A DNA stretch of 64,000 nucleotides from IMG/VR virus record IMGVR_UViG_3300028558_000016, positions 310,001 through 374,000 of that record, one strand, 5' to 3'. Position 1 is the stretch's first letter; the number at the start of each line of letters is the position of its first letter. The position numbers and the translations under genes are program-made. The notes under the pieces were generated by a model. It did no database searches and was not told where the DNA came from. It was given only the letters and a program-made list of their open reading frames with translations. Positions 37,091 to 48,020 of this stretch are shown piece after piece.

Positions 37091-39046
37091 ATGTCTGTAT
37101 TTCAAATATTAAACGTAGAAGGAATTGAAGCCAATTCCGGATTATTCATCGATACATCGGGTCTCGTTGGAGTTGGTGTTACATCTTCTCTTCTTGCAAA
37201 TCTGCATGTTCGTGGAACCGGTTCACCTGCAAACGACATTTTAAGAATCGAAGACATTTCCACAAACGTGGTTGTGTATATCGATGATGTTGCAGCAGGC
37301 GTTGCGATAGGAAGCACAAATCTTTCTGGAACTGTTTACACAAATCCGAAATTAATAGTAAACACAGGAAGCGGAATTCCCGGCTTGATGCACTATAATT
37401 CATTTGGTGTTGAACTTATTACATTCACAAATGTATCAGACTCTTTATTTGGAAATGCGTCAAACCACGATCTATCATTAATAACAAATAACATTGAAGT
37501 AGTAAAAATAACTGCAGGCGGAAATGTTGGTATAAACCACTTGACTCCTCCTGCTAAATTAACTATTGTTGGTTCTGGAAATACAGTAGCGACTCATTCA
37601 TTGAGAATCGCTAATACATCTTCAGACATTATGATGAACATCCAAGATGATGGATTCGTAGGTCTCGGAACTATCACAAGATTAAATGGTTTCGGACTTG
37701 GTAACTTTGGATTAACGATGCCAGCTTTATTTGTTGATATGCAGGACACTACAGCATCAGCAAATTTATCGATAAGAATAGGAAATTTTACTACATCAAC
37801 TATAATAGGTACTTATAATTACACTCACGCATTGGATGGAACTAAAGTTGCAGCTATAGAATTTGATGATGCAACTGGTAATGTTTGGTTTGGTGGATAT
37901 GGCTACTCAGGACAAAAATATGATTTCGTATTAAATTATCAAGACGTAGTTTCTGGACAAAGATTTGCTATAGGAAGTGGAAATCACGTTCAAGACAGCG
38001 GAGCGAATCTTTGGTTTTATGGAGCTTCAAATTCAGCTTCAAATTCACAACAAGCTTATGCAAGCATAGAAGCGTTAAAAGAAAATGCGCTTGATGCGAA
38101 TTTTGCCGCATATTTAAAATTTGGAATAAGCGACAGCTCAAGTCCAACTGTTACGACTGAAGCAATGCGTATAACCAGCGCACAACATTTAGCCATCGGT
38201 CTGACTGTACCTTTAGCAAGACTTGATGTAAGAGCAGGAACTACTGGAGATATTTTCAGATTGAACAATTCCAATTTCCTTTTCGCAGATAAAATGTTGA
38301 TCAACAATGACGGATCTTTTTATTCTGGTTCTATAAATGGTTTTGGAGGTTCTGGAACAGGAACATTTAGGACTGATCATCTCGATTATACTTTAAATAC
38401 TGCATTCAGCACGTATTTAGCATTTACAAATAATGGATTGGCTGCAAACATTTCTTCTTATGGAATAATTGGCGGACCTATTGGAAGTTCTGACGTTAAT
38501 TTCAAACTGAAAGTTCTTAATACCGACGATGGATCTTTAGGAAGCGTAATGAACGTTGTCACAACTGCCAACAGCACGGCAAGTGATGGAACTAATTATG
38601 ATAATTATTCTATAAAAGTTGTTTCAAGCGGAACTCAGACAAATACTGGAGCTGGAACATTTTTCAAAACCGGTTTATATGTTGATGTGACCAATGGTGA
38701 TGTCAACAAAGCTATTGAGACTGTTGGAGGAACTGTTACAATTGGAGACTTAGCCGGAACTGGAAATAGAGTTGTGGAAGCTGATTCAACTGGTAAATTA
38801 GTTGCTGGCGCTGCTGTTATTGGATCTGCCGCTTCAAAGGTTGCATTTACATTTACGCCTGGAACACCTGGATCTCCAAACACAATAACACATGGACTTG
38901 GAACTACTGATTTTTCAGTTACTCTTTGGGATGTTACGGCTGGAGATATAATTTATGCTAAAATTGATAATGCATCTACTACGGCTGTAGATGTAACATT
39001 CACTGTAAATCCAGCTGGAAATGTTAGAATAGTCATAATTGGATAA
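37091..39046 (+). CDS. Tail fibre-like protein
   Basis: GNVGI..P.AKL repeats; ITHGLGT C-terminal module. Confidence 0.75.
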   Translation: MSVFQILNVEGIEANSGLFIDTSGLVGVGVTSSLLANLHVRGTGSPANDILRIEDISTNVVVYIDDVAAGVAIGSTNLSGTVYTNPKLIVNTGSGIPGLMHYNSFGVELITFTNVSDSLFGNASNHDLSLITNNIEVVKITAGGNVGINHLTPPAKLTIVGSGNTVATHSLRIANTSSDIMMNIQDDGFVGLGTITRLNGFGLGNFGLTMPALFVDMQDTTASANLSIRIGNFTTSTIIGTYNYTHALDGTKVAAIEFDDATGNVWFGGYGYSGQKYDFVLNYQDVVSGQRFAIGSGNHVQDSGANLWFYGASNSASNSQQAYASIEALKENALDANFAAYLKFGISDSSSPTVTTEAMRITSAQHLAIGLTVPLARLDVRAGTTGDIFRLNNSNFLFADKMLINNDGSFYSGSINGFGGSGTGTFRTDHLDYTLNTAFSTYLAFTNNGLAANISSYGIIGGPIGSSDVNFKLKVLNTDDGSLGSVMNVVTTANSTASDGTNYDNYSIKVVSSGTQTNTGAGTFFKTGLYVDVTNGDVNKAIETVGGTVTIGDLAGTGNRVVEADSTGKLVAGAAVIGSAASKVAFTFTPGTPGSPNTITHGLGTTDFSVTLWDVTAGDIIYAKIDNASTTAVDVTFTVNPAGNVRIVIIG

Positions 39047-39063
39047 AATAATTATAATATAAA

Positions 39064-41766
39064 ATGAGCAGAATATTTGATAATTTATTTGTAGAAGGGA
39101 ATGTTGGAGTTTATACGCAAACACCTACCGCAAAATTGCATGTAGCACAAGAAAGCCCATTATTTGTCGGTAATTTATTTACTGCATCAGATTCTGCATT
39201 AAGCTTTGAATATTTCAAAATAGACACATTAGTTAATGGAGCTGCAAACATAACGGCTTCATTATATGATAGTACATTCTTGGTTAACATAGGAGGATCT
39301 ATTGGAAAATTTAAACTTGACCAAGGTAATGGAAATACATTTGAAACAGATAAACCAGGTGGAAATGCTTTCATATACACAGCAGGATCTAATGTTGGAT
39401 CATCTCTCGAAGCTGGAGTTTTAATTAATTATTCTGCCGCTTTTACGAGTCCTTATGGTTGGGATGTGTGTGCTAATAGAATTGATGTTGGTTCTACTGG
39501 AACTGAAACTGGTATTATAAATGGTTTATTGGTAAGACAAAACAATTTCTTAAATACAGCTGCAACTTTTTATCCTGGTATATTTTTAGACGGTAATGTT
39601 GGTATTGGTACACCTACACCTCTTAATACACTGCAGGTTGGTGGAACTGGTGGAACTGGAACCATGAACATGAATGGTGGTGGTGGTCTTGGTTCTACAC
39701 TTTCAGTGCGTGGACATGCTACATCAGGATACCAATTTGATATGTACACTAAGGATTTTTCAAGAGCCTTCTTCCTGGCACAAACAACCGGAACCGGTCC
39801 TGGTACAAATGGAGAATTACAAATGATGTTTGTTTCTGGAAATGGAGCAGCCATCACAGCATACGATGTTGATGGAAAATTCAGAGTAGGATTTGGAGGA
39901 CATTATATTGGAGACGGAGCTTTATTAAACACAAGACATGACTTTGCTTCAACAGGAACTGATGCTTTATTTTCTTGGACTGATACTCAAAATTACATTC
40001 AAATAGATTCTATAGTTAAAGGAGCTTTAGCCGAACCATATTTAGAAATGGCTGGTGGTATTGGTGTTGGTTCAGTAGCTTCTGGAACTTTTAGAATATC
40101 AACTACACAAAATTCTTATTTTGGAGTTCCTCTTGTTGGAACTGTTGGAAACTTAGGTGTTGGAACTTCAACGCCTGGATTCAAACTTGATGTGGTAGGA
40201 GCGATTAATACCGACAATGGATTTTGGCATAACGGACACAGACTGTTACAAAGTGATACCGTTGATTATGGAAATGTATTTGTTGGATCCTATGGATTTG
40301 ATGCTACTCCTGGAAATACAGGAACATCAGTAAGCGCACTTGGTTATAATGCAGCTCAATCGAATACTGGCGATAATGTAATTGGAATTGGAAATTCTTC
40401 TGCTCTTGGAAACACAGGATCAAATATTACAGGAATTGGAACACAATCTGCGCAAGGTAATTCAGGAAACAACGTTATCGCGATCGGTTATCAATCTGCA
40501 ATTGCAAATACTGGAAATAACATTATAGCTTTAGGTGCATTTGCCGCAGATACAAATGCAATTAACGATGCTGTAATAATAGGTAAGTCAAGAGCCGCAG
40601 CTAATGCATTTTTAGAAATGTGGGTTGGTGTTGGTCCAAACAAGGACGGTACAGAAGCAATGCATCCACATACTATTAGACAAGGAAGTATTGCTTCCGG
40701 AGTAACTGACACAGGCATGACAGGCGTAGATTTAATTTTAGCTGGTGCTGTTGGTACTGGAACTGGTGTTGGTGGAAAAATTAAATTTCAAGTTGCTCCT
40801 GCTGGGACAACTGGTTCAACGCAGAACGCTCTAATAGATGCAGCAATCATTGACCAAGATGGACACATAGGTATAAATACAGCTCCAGTATCATCTTATT
40901 TCATGAAGATTGATAGTGCTACAGGTGTTGCAAATGGATTGCTTGTAAATAATGATTGGGATAGAGCAATAGTTGGACAGGTAATAACTAATCCAGGATT
41001 AATTGCAATACAGGGTATAGCTAACACTGGTGGAACTGGTGTCGGAGTTCAGGGTTTAACTTCAAATGGATTTGGAATTTATGGATCGGCTTCAACTGGA
41101 GTTGCTGCATACGGATATGCTTCCGGAGCTGGAATAGCTGGACAGTTTGAAGTCAACGACGCAAGTGCATTAATATTTAAAGGTATTGGAATAGGTGGAA
41201 CAGAAAGATTCAGAGTTACCGAAAAAGGTGATTGGGGTATTGGATTAATTTCTCCAACTGCCAAAGTTCACATACAAGGTTCTGATACAACTTCATCGAA
41301 TTTTGCTATTAAAGTTGATTCATCTACAGCAAATATTTTAACTGTAAGAAACGATCATACTTTATTATTTAGTGGAATTTCATCTGGGTTCACAGGTTCA
41401 CAGAAATATGAAAAACAGGATGGCACTCAAACCACATCAAAACCTTTAACAAAAACTATTTCTACTATTTCTACAGCAAGCAATCAAATGGTTATAGTTA
41501 AAGGAACCGTTGCTGGATTTAGAAGTACTTTTGCTGAGTCTTATGGTTCAACATTCTTTGCGGTGTTCTACAATAATGGTGGAACGCTTACACAAGTATC
41601 AACTACTGACTTAAGCGAAAAACACAATTTCGCTGGATTGCCTGCGCCAACTACAACAGTTACTACAAGTGGAACTGACATTATAATACAAGTTACTGGT
41701 GTCAGTGGAACTACAATAAATTGGGTATCAAGTTATGAATATTCAGCAGTTAATACTAACGCGTAA
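39064..41766 (+). CDS. Tail fibre-like protein
   Basis: GNVGIGT.TP repeats; NTG..V.(A/G)(L/I)G beta-solenoid repeats. Confidence 0.75.
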   Translation: MSRIFDNLFVEGNVGVYTQTPTAKLHVAQESPLFVGNLFTASDSALSFEYFKIDTLVNGAANITASLYDSTFLVNIGGSIGKFKLDQGNGNTFETDKPGGNAFIYTAGSNVGSSLEAGVLINYSAAFTSPYGWDVCANRIDVGSTGTETGIINGLLVRQNNFLNTAATFYPGIFLDGNVGIGTPTPLNTLQVGGTGGTGTMNMNGGGGLGSTLSVRGHATSGYQFDMYTKDFSRAFFLAQTTGTGPGTNGELQMMFVSGNGAAITAYDVDGKFRVGFGGHYIGDGALLNTRHDFASTGTDALFSWTDTQNYIQIDSIVKGALAEPYLEMAGGIGVGSVASGTFRISTTQNSYFGVPLVGTVGNLGVGTSTPGFKLDVVGAINTDNGFWHNGHRLLQSDTVDYGNVFVGSYGFDATPGNTGTSVSALGYNAAQSNTGDNVIGIGNSSALGNTGSNITGIGTQSAQGNSGNNVIAIGYQSAIANTGNNIIALGAFAADTNAINDAVIIGKSRAAANAFLEMWVGVGPNKDGTEAMHPHTIRQGSIASGVTDTGMTGVDLILAGAVGTGTGVGGKIKFQVAPAGTTGSTQNALIDAAIIDQDGHIGINTAPVSSYFMKIDSATGVANGLLVNNDWDRAIVGQVITNPGLIAIQGIANTGGTGVGVQGLTSNGFGIYGSASTGVAAYGYASGAGIAGQFEVNDASALIFKGIGIGGTERFRVTEKGDWGIGLISPTAKVHIQGSDTTSSNFAIKVDSSTANILTVRNDHTLLFSGISSGFTGSQKYEKQDGTQTTSKPLTKTISTISTASNQMVIVKGTVAGFRSTFAESYGSTFFAVFYNNGGTLTQVSTTDLSEKHNFAGLPAPTTTVTTSGTDIIIQVTGVSGTTINWVSSYEYSAVNTNA

Positions 41767-41767
41767 T

Positions 41768-42352
41768 ATGATCACACTTGAAGAATATCGTGGCAAGACA
41801 AGGCCGTTAGGAATTGTTCCAGTTGAAACTGATGAGAGATATGGTTATTATGAAACCGACCAACGTGTTCTGACTAATTTTATTAACTCACTTTACAATG
41901 CTAATTTATTAAATAACGAAGTTAAGTTAATAGATGTTGGATGTGGTTTATCGACAACATTATATAATTTTTATTTGCAATTGAAGGAAGATAATAGGTT
42001 TAAATTTGAATTGTTTGGCATAGAGGGAGATCCTATTATTGCAGAAAAATTTGAAAAAGAACTGTTGTCATTTTTCCAAGGAAATTTATCATTTTCTTTT
42101 AATGAAGCAGAAAAAATTAATTATTCAAAATACAATGTTGTGTATTTATACTCACCTATGAAATATGAGGGAATGTGTAGGCTTTATGACAAAATATTTT
42201 CTGAAATAAAACCAGGAACAATTGTTTATGATGCATATCTATATGGAAAAGGATTAAATGATGTTATAGATAGTAGGATTATAAAATTTGGATTAACGAA
42301 AATACAACTGGAGTTTGGTGGGATCAAGCACGAAATACACGTGAAAAAATAA
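41768..42352 (+). CDS. SAM-dependent methyltransferase
   Basis: IDVGCG, GIE, VVYLYSP, KPGT. Confidence 0.75.
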   Translation: MITLEEYRGKTRPLGIVPVETDERYGYYETDQRVLTNFINSLYNANLLNNEVKLIDVGCGLSTTLYNFYLQLKEDNRFKFELFGIEGDPIIAEKFEKELLSFFQGNLSFSFNEAEKINYSKYNVVYLYSPMKYEGMCRLYDKIFSEIKPGTIVYDAYLYGKGLNDVIDSRIIKFGLTKIQLEFGGIKHEIHVKK

Positions 42353-42367
42353 TAAATGAAGAAATAA

Positions 42368-44080
42368 ATGAAACAGACTAATAATAGTAAATTTTTAGAT
42401 TCTAATAACATAGTGTCGATAGATTTAGAACTAAGAAAAATGTATGACGCAACTGGAGCCCAAACATTGGATTGGACTTCTGTTTCATCTGTTCCGTCTT
42501 TTGGAACAGCAAGATGTGTATATCTCGTCCAAGACACAACAGACCAAACTAAACTCGGAGGAACTGCAAATAGAGTTTATACTACTTTCCAAACTGCTTA
42601 TGATGCAGCTAACGCTTTACAGGTTGCATTGGGAGGTACTAACATCGTTGATCTTGTAGTTGGAAATATGATAACCAACCAAGTTGCTAACACAATAACT
42701 CCAGCTGGCGGAGACTTAACCTTGTCAGCAAATTTTAATGCACGTGTAAGAATTGTTGGAGCAAGTCCAATAGTTTCAACGCTTGGAAACATTATTGCCA
42801 ATGGATTCACTATTGGAGCAGGAAGCGCAGTAGCTACATTCAGCAATGTATCCATTGGAAATATCACAACAAGCCAAGCCGGAGCTTCTGGTAATGGTGG
42901 AAGTATTTCTTTGAGATTAAATAATGCAAAAATAGGAAATATTGATACATCAATAACAAATGCTGCTAATACAACTGGAAATGGTGGAGGTGTTGGAATT
43001 ACAACTACTGTTCAGCTTGGGTCTATTGCACAAGTTGGTTCTATTGTAACATCGTCTAAAGCAACAACTACCACTGCCGGTGGATTATCTTTAACTGGAG
43101 GAAATATTACTGTTGGTGCAGTTACATTGTCAAACAATAATTTGGCAGGATTTTTGCAAATTAGTGGATTAAATAATTCAATATCATCATTCAGCAGTAC
43201 AGTTACAGATTCAACTGGAGGAACTCAGACTATATCAAACTGTTCTTTTGGAGCATTCACATCGTCTATATTTGGAGATACTTTTCCAGGAGATCCTATT
43301 TGGAAATTCCAAAATTGTAGTTTTGCTGCAGTTACTATAACACAGAATGCTTCAAGCGCAAATCACGTATACGTTATTTTCAATAATTGTTTTCTACAAA
43401 ATTTTGTAGGAGGCTCTGATTTTTTAACCACAGTATATGCGTACAATACAACATTTTGGGTAAGAGAAGGAGCAGGTGCTGGTATTTGTCCTATTCAAAA
43501 CTTAGGAGATGATTCTGCATTATTAAGCTGTGTTCTTTCAAAAGAACATCAATTCACTGTGCCGGTCATAAACAATCTTGGAACAGGATGTAAAATAGAA
43601 AATTCTTCATTAAGAGGAGGTTCTGCTTCTATATCAAGCACTTCAGGTGTTACAGTTAAATCTAACAATTCGATTTTTGAAAAAGGAAACATCCACGTAA
43701 CAATAGAAAAAGATGGTGGTGTTGTTAATTTGCCTGATGATGGTGCCGGAAATTTTTTATTTGATGCGTCTTCATATAGACATGCTATCGTAATACTAAA
43801 TGGAAGTGCTGGTGGACCAAACACATTAGCGATTAGTAATATCTCCATAGGAGAAACCTATACAGTATTAATAAATAATGCGACAGGCGCTGACACTGTT
43901 ACTATAGCAGATAGCAACGGACTTTACAGTTCCTATGTGGAAAGTACTGGTAGCTTAACTCCTGGTGGTGGTGGAGTTTATACACCAACTAACGAAGTTG
44001 GATCAATTGATAGATTATTAATAACATTTGATGGTGCTAACATATACACTGCCGCTGCTGGTAAAAACTTTATAGCATAA
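42368..44080 (+). CDS. Beta-helix tail fibre/spike-like protein
   Basis: G/N/T-rich repeats; YTTFQTAYDAA. Confidence 0.65.
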   Translation: MKQTNNSKFLDSNNIVSIDLELRKMYDATGAQTLDWTSVSSVPSFGTARCVYLVQDTTDQTKLGGTANRVYTTFQTAYDAANALQVALGGTNIVDLVVGNMITNQVANTITPAGGDLTLSANFNARVRIVGASPIVSTLGNIIANGFTIGAGSAVATFSNVSIGNITTSQAGASGNGGSISLRLNNAKIGNIDTSITNAANTTGNGGGVGITTTVQLGSIAQVGSIVTSSKATTTTAGGLSLTGGNITVGAVTLSNNNLAGFLQISGLNNSISSFSSTVTDSTGGTQTISNCSFGAFTSSIFGDTFPGDPIWKFQNCSFAAVTITQNASSANHVYVIFNNCFLQNFVGGSDFLTTVYAYNTTFWVREGAGAGICPIQNLGDDSALLSCVLSKEHQFTVPVINNLGTGCKIENSSLRGGSASISSTSGVTVKSNNSIFEKGNIHVTIEKDGGVVNLPDDGAGNFLFDASSYRHAIVILNGSAGGPNTLAISNISIGETYTVLINNATGADTVTIADSNGLYSSYVESTGSLTPGGGGVYTPTNEVGSIDRLLITFDGANIYTAAAGKNFIA

Positions 44081-44213
44081 AATAAACCGAGAAACGAAAC
44101 AAATCTCGAAAGATGTGATAAGACTATCATCGAGAGAATCCGGTGAAGTTTAAGAAAGTTTCATCTTAAAGAAAACTTAAGACAAACATATTACGAACAC
44201 TATTTGATACTTT

Positions 44214-44235
44214 AACCCCGCTCTGCGGGGTTTTT
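44214..44235 (+). terminator. Rho-independent terminator
   Basis: AACCCCGC-TCT-GCGGGGTT + T tract. Confidence 0.85.
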
Positions 44236-44271
44236 AGTTAAACATTATTCAAAGATTTTAATATAACAAAT

Positions 44272-44838
44272 ATGTTCACCATAATCAAAACTTTAGACCC
44301 ATCGATAACCGAAGAACTTCTTTCTATCGCCAAGCAAGCCCCACTCAAAGCAGACGTTTCAACCTATGCCAAAGGAAGACAGAGAACTTTTCTTAACATG
44401 AATTGGGATTTCAGAGATCGAAAATTTGATAAGGATTGTTTTCAGAATGAAAGAATGTGGGAAATACTTAAAGGAATTTGGCCTGAAGCAGAAATAGGAC
44501 TTCTCACATATTCAGGTGAAGAAAATCCAAAAGGAATAAACTTACACAGAGATGACAGCTATGCTGATTATGAAAGTTGGGGAGTTCAATTATCTGGAAC
44601 CTGCGAATTTCATTATATGGGAGGTTACAAGAATTTCAAATGGGAACAGGAAAGAGATCCAGAGATTGATCAATCATACACATTAAATCCAGGCGATGTT
44701 TTCAGGTTCAACTGCAAGAACAGACATAGCGCAATTCCAAGCATAAACAGATATGCTATAAACCTTTGGAAGATAGCAGAAAAATTCAAAAGAGATTACG
44801 ACAATTCAATAAACACAAAGATAACACCCCTATTTTAA
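44272..44838 (+). CDS. 2OG-Fe(II) oxygenase-like protein
   Basis: HRDD...H.....RYAINLW. Confidence 0.6.
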   Translation: MFTIIKTLDPSITEELLSIAKQAPLKADVSTYAKGRQRTFLNMNWDFRDRKFDKDCFQNERMWEILKGIWPEAEIGLLTYSGEENPKGINLHRDDSYADYESWGVQLSGTCEFHYMGGYKNFKWEQERDPEIDQSYTLNPGDVFRFNCKNRHSAIPSINRYAINLWKIAEKFKRDYDNSINTKITPLF

Positions 44839-45246
44839 ATGGAATTAAAAGATTTTATAAAAACCGTATTCGAGAAACCCGAAGAATATTTAGAACTGAG
44901 ATCTGAAAAGGCAAAGTTCTTCTTCATGACACAGAGATTCATGAGCATTGCTTTCCCTATTCAGGCACAAGCGTTCAACCATATAAGAATCCCTCAAGCA
45001 GAAACAATGGATTATTGGCATGAAAGCATGACGAAGCTTTACAAGAAGACTCCACCATGGATATACACTAAAACCAAGAAGGCTGAAAAGAAAAAAGCGA
45101 AGGAAGATATGCCTTCAGATGAAGCTGTCAACTATTACCTTGAAAGGATGAAAATGTCTAAAAGAGAGCTCACCGATGCCATAAAATTATTTGGTGAAGA
45201 AGCCATTGAACCCATCAGAAGAATAGAAGCTATCATGAAGGAATAG
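44839..45246 (+). CDS. Hypothetical protein (possible clamp-loader small subunit-like); TAG stop
   Basis: Size and FFMTQRFMS..WIY pattern; weak. Confidence 0.4.
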   Translation: MELKDFIKTVFEKPEEYLELRSEKAKFFFMTQRFMSIAFPIQAQAFNHIRIPQAETMDYWHESMTKLYKKTPPWIYTKTKKAEKKKAKEDMPSDEAVNYYLERMKMSKRELTDAIKLFGEEAIEPIRRIEAIMKE

Positions 45247-45275
45247 AATATATAAGAAAAGAATTCTATCATTAA

Positions 45276-45809
45276 ATGTCTAAGAACAATGGTTTTGTAG
45301 AAGGTTACGGAAAACCACGCTTTATAAAAGGTATAGGTCCGGATGAAATACCTACTACTCCGGTACCGCCATCACAAACAGGTGGATTTACAGAAGGATA
45401 TGTTGATGGTGGAGAAAGGGATATTAAACCTTTCAATCCAAATCAGCAAGTCATCGAGGAGATCATAATAGTTCCGCCAGCAGGCGGAAATGGTGGAATT
45501 CTTTTCGTTCAATATGTTACGTCAGTAAATGCCACGTTTTCAGATGGAGATTTCATAACATCAGACTCTTTTGCATTCGTGCCAGTAACAAAATCGGATA
45601 TGTGGATAACCGTCAATGGTCTTCCGATATATCCAGCAAATGGAGTGACCGAAGTTTCTACAAGCGCATTTTATGTGACTGATTCGACTGGGTCTATAAT
45701 AAGACCGAAAGGAACGTATCAAGTAGGAGACATGTTTAAATGGAATGGCAGCATCGCCAATTATCAAATTGAGACCGACGATGAAATAAAAATTGTATAC
45801 GAAGTTTAA
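45276..45809 (+). CDS. Probable virion protein
   Basis: After an ATATATAA motif; VNGL..YQIETDDEI. Confidence 0.55.
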   Translation: MSKNNGFVEGYGKPRFIKGIGPDEIPTTPVPPSQTGGFTEGYVDGGERDIKPFNPNQQVIEEIIIVPPAGGNGGILFVQYVTSVNATFSDGDFITSDSFAFVPVTKSDMWITVNGLPIYPANGVTEVSTSAFYVTDSTGSIIRPKGTYQVGDMFKWNGSIANYQIETDDEIKIVYEV

Positions 45810-47620
45810 TGTCAATATACGCTTTAGCATTTACAACAAACAACACTCTTGGCCACATAGGAAGCTATAGGATAATTTCTTATTCCGATGCTTTCTTAAA
45901 TGTGATTTCTATAGATGACGTATTTGATTCCGTATCTGGAGAAACAGATGGATATTATGCCAAGAGAAGCTTCAGATATAGCAAGGATGGAAGCAATTGG
46001 TCGTTGTGGATAGATTTCGTTCCAAGCAATCAGTCTCCAGAAAATATGGCACCAATAAGAAATTTGGTGTTCGATCCCGACCTTCAATATTATTTTGAGT
46101 TCAGATACATGGTGACGGATGTTCCAAACTTCAGTCCTCAGCTTGATCCTGGAGAACAGATTTCTCCAGAAATAACATTAGACACTTTTGACATTGGAAT
46201 AACATTTAAAAACAGAGACCCATTTGCAGGATTCAACATTAGGCCTGTGAATGGATTGTGCTCAGATGAATTTTACACAATTCCAGTTTTATTTCAAAAC
46301 ACTAACTTCACATTTGATCCATACAACGTGAACAGAGGAGTTGCGCTCTATCAAGATCTTTCTTTGATGGTGAACAACGTTTTCGGATTCATGGTCAATT
46401 ATTATAGAGTCATTCCACAGTGGAGAGCCAAGGATATTGTGTTGAAAGAATATACTATCAAATCAGTTCAAAGCGAGAAGTGTATTAAGGTTCTTGTTCC
46501 AAACAATGAGTTTCCAGATAATAAGGTAAACTACAATGAATTTGGAATTGATTTTCAACAACCGTTCGAGATTCATATCGACAAAGGATATTGGGAAAGT
46601 TTTTACGGAAAAGGAACCATGCCTCAGAAGAGGGATGTTATTTATTTCCAATTAAACAATAGGTTGTACCAAGTTCAATCAAGCTACATTTACAGAGATT
46701 TCATGCAACAGCCTTTATATTTTAAAGTGCTTCTTGTTAAATACGAAAACTACGCAGACACAATCATACCAGACGACATTCAGTCAACTCTTGACGACAT
46801 AACTATTTCCACAGAAGAATTGTTCGGTGAGGACATTCAAAAGGAGATGGATAAGATAACCAAGCCTCAGCAGTATGTCACAATAACATTTGACTCAGAT
46901 CCTATAAGAGAGAAAGTATTGAGAGTTCTCCCAATAACAAGATATGATTTCTATGTGAATTGGACTTTGGTGGCAGAACATTTTTATTCCATGAACCAAC
47001 CATTCTTGCAATTTGACGGTTCAAACGTTGAAGCAGTTAAATACAGAATTAAATCAAAAGTGCTTGCAAACGAAAATAGGTCGTTTACTTGTTGGTTCCA
47101 ACCTCAATTGAATACTAAAACTTCTGACAAGACAAGACCTTTATTGAGAGGAATGAATGAGTCAGGTCTTGGTGTTAATATTGATTTGATGTTTTCAAAC
47201 ACGGCTTTAAATGTTGCACCAAGTCAAATTGTGTTATCATTAAATGCTGATCAATACATATTCAATTTGCAAAAACAATTAAACAAGGATACTTGGTATG
47301 CGCTTGTGGTTAATTGGAGCAACGAATTTAGTCAAGCGAGTGTAGATCTTTATACACAGCAACAGGCATCTAATCAGTTGTTAAGAATATCACATGAACA
47401 GAAGAACATTGTTTCAGCTGTATTTGATACTGATACTAATTACACGTTGCTTGTGAGTCCGTTGAATTTGACAAACATCAGATTGTTCAACGAGATGCTC
47501 GAGGAAGAACATCACAACATAGTGTTAAACCAATTAGTTATTAAAGATTCTGAGAAGGCAATAATAATAGATAACGCTAAACCTATATTAAGGCTTCCAC
47601 GTATTGCTAATCCTAAATAA
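45809..47620 (+). CDS. Probable neck/head-closure-related structural protein with LamG-like C-terminus
   Basis: FG..VNYYR, FGIDF, P.KRDVIYF motifs; C-terminal jelly-roll pattern. Confidence 0.5.
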   Translation: MSIYALAFTTNNTLGHIGSYRIISYSDAFLNVISIDDVFDSVSGETDGYYAKRSFRYSKDGSNWSLWIDFVPSNQSPENMAPIRNLVFDPDLQYYFEFRYMVTDVPNFSPQLDPGEQISPEITLDTFDIGITFKNRDPFAGFNIRPVNGLCSDEFYTIPVLFQNTNFTFDPYNVNRGVALYQDLSLMVNNVFGFMVNYYRVIPQWRAKDIVLKEYTIKSVQSEKCIKVLVPNNEFPDNKVNYNEFGIDFQQPFEIHIDKGYWESFYGKGTMPQKRDVIYFQLNNRLYQVQSSYIYRDFMQQPLYFKVLLVKYENYADTIIPDDIQSTLDDITISTEELFGEDIQKEMDKITKPQQYVTITFDSDPIREKVLRVLPITRYDFYVNWTLVAEHFYSMNQPFLQFDGSNVEAVKYRIKSKVLANENRSFTCWFQPQLNTKTSDKTRPLLRGMNESGLGVNIDLMFSNTALNVAPSQIVLSLNADQYIFNLQKQLNKDTWYALVVNWSNEFSQASVDLYTQQQASNQLLRISHEQKNIVSAVFDTDTNYTLLVSPLNLTNIRLFNEMLEEEHHNIVLNQLVIKDSEKAIIIDNAKPILRLPRIANPK

Positions 47621-47700
47621 TTTTTTTCAATTAGATTATTATTTTGCTATATTTGTATCTGTTAGTCGTATCTGATAATGTTAAACTAAAAAAAAGAAAA

Positions 47701-47955
47701 ATGAACATTTTTGTAAGCAATCTGAACTTCAAGATGACTGAAGATCAGCTAAGAGAAGAGTTCGAGAAATACGGAGACGTAAGCTCGGCCAAGATCATCA
47801 AGGACAGGGATTCCGGAAGAAGCAAAGGCTTTGGTTTCGTAGAAATGCCTGAAACAGAAGATGCCAATGAGGCAATAAAAGAATTAAACGGAGCAGAGAT
47901 CAATGGCCGTGCAATCGTTGTTAACGAAGCGCGTCCAAAGACAGCATCACGATAA
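47701..47955 (+). CDS. RRM RNA-binding protein
   Basis: MNIFVSNL (RNP2), KGFGFVEM (RNP1). Confidence 0.95.
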   Translation: MNIFVSNLNFKMTEDQLREEFEKYGDVSSAKIIKDRDSGRSKGFGFVEMPETEDANEAIKELNGAEINGRAIVVNEARPKTASR

Positions 47956-47979
47956 TATTCTCTTCGCGAAAAGAACAAG

Positions 47980-48012
47980 AAAACCTCTGTACGAAAGTGC
48001 AGAGGTTTTTTT
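47980..48012. terminator. Bidirectional terminator
   Basis: AAAACCTCTGTAC-GAAA-GTGCAGAGGTTTTTT between convergent genes. Confidence 0.8.
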
Positions 48013-48020
48013 ATTTGCAG

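Noticed and set aside
33444-44080. Diversity-generating retroelement or invertible fibre cassette
   Set aside because: No reverse transcriptase, recombinase or TR/VR pair visible in this window
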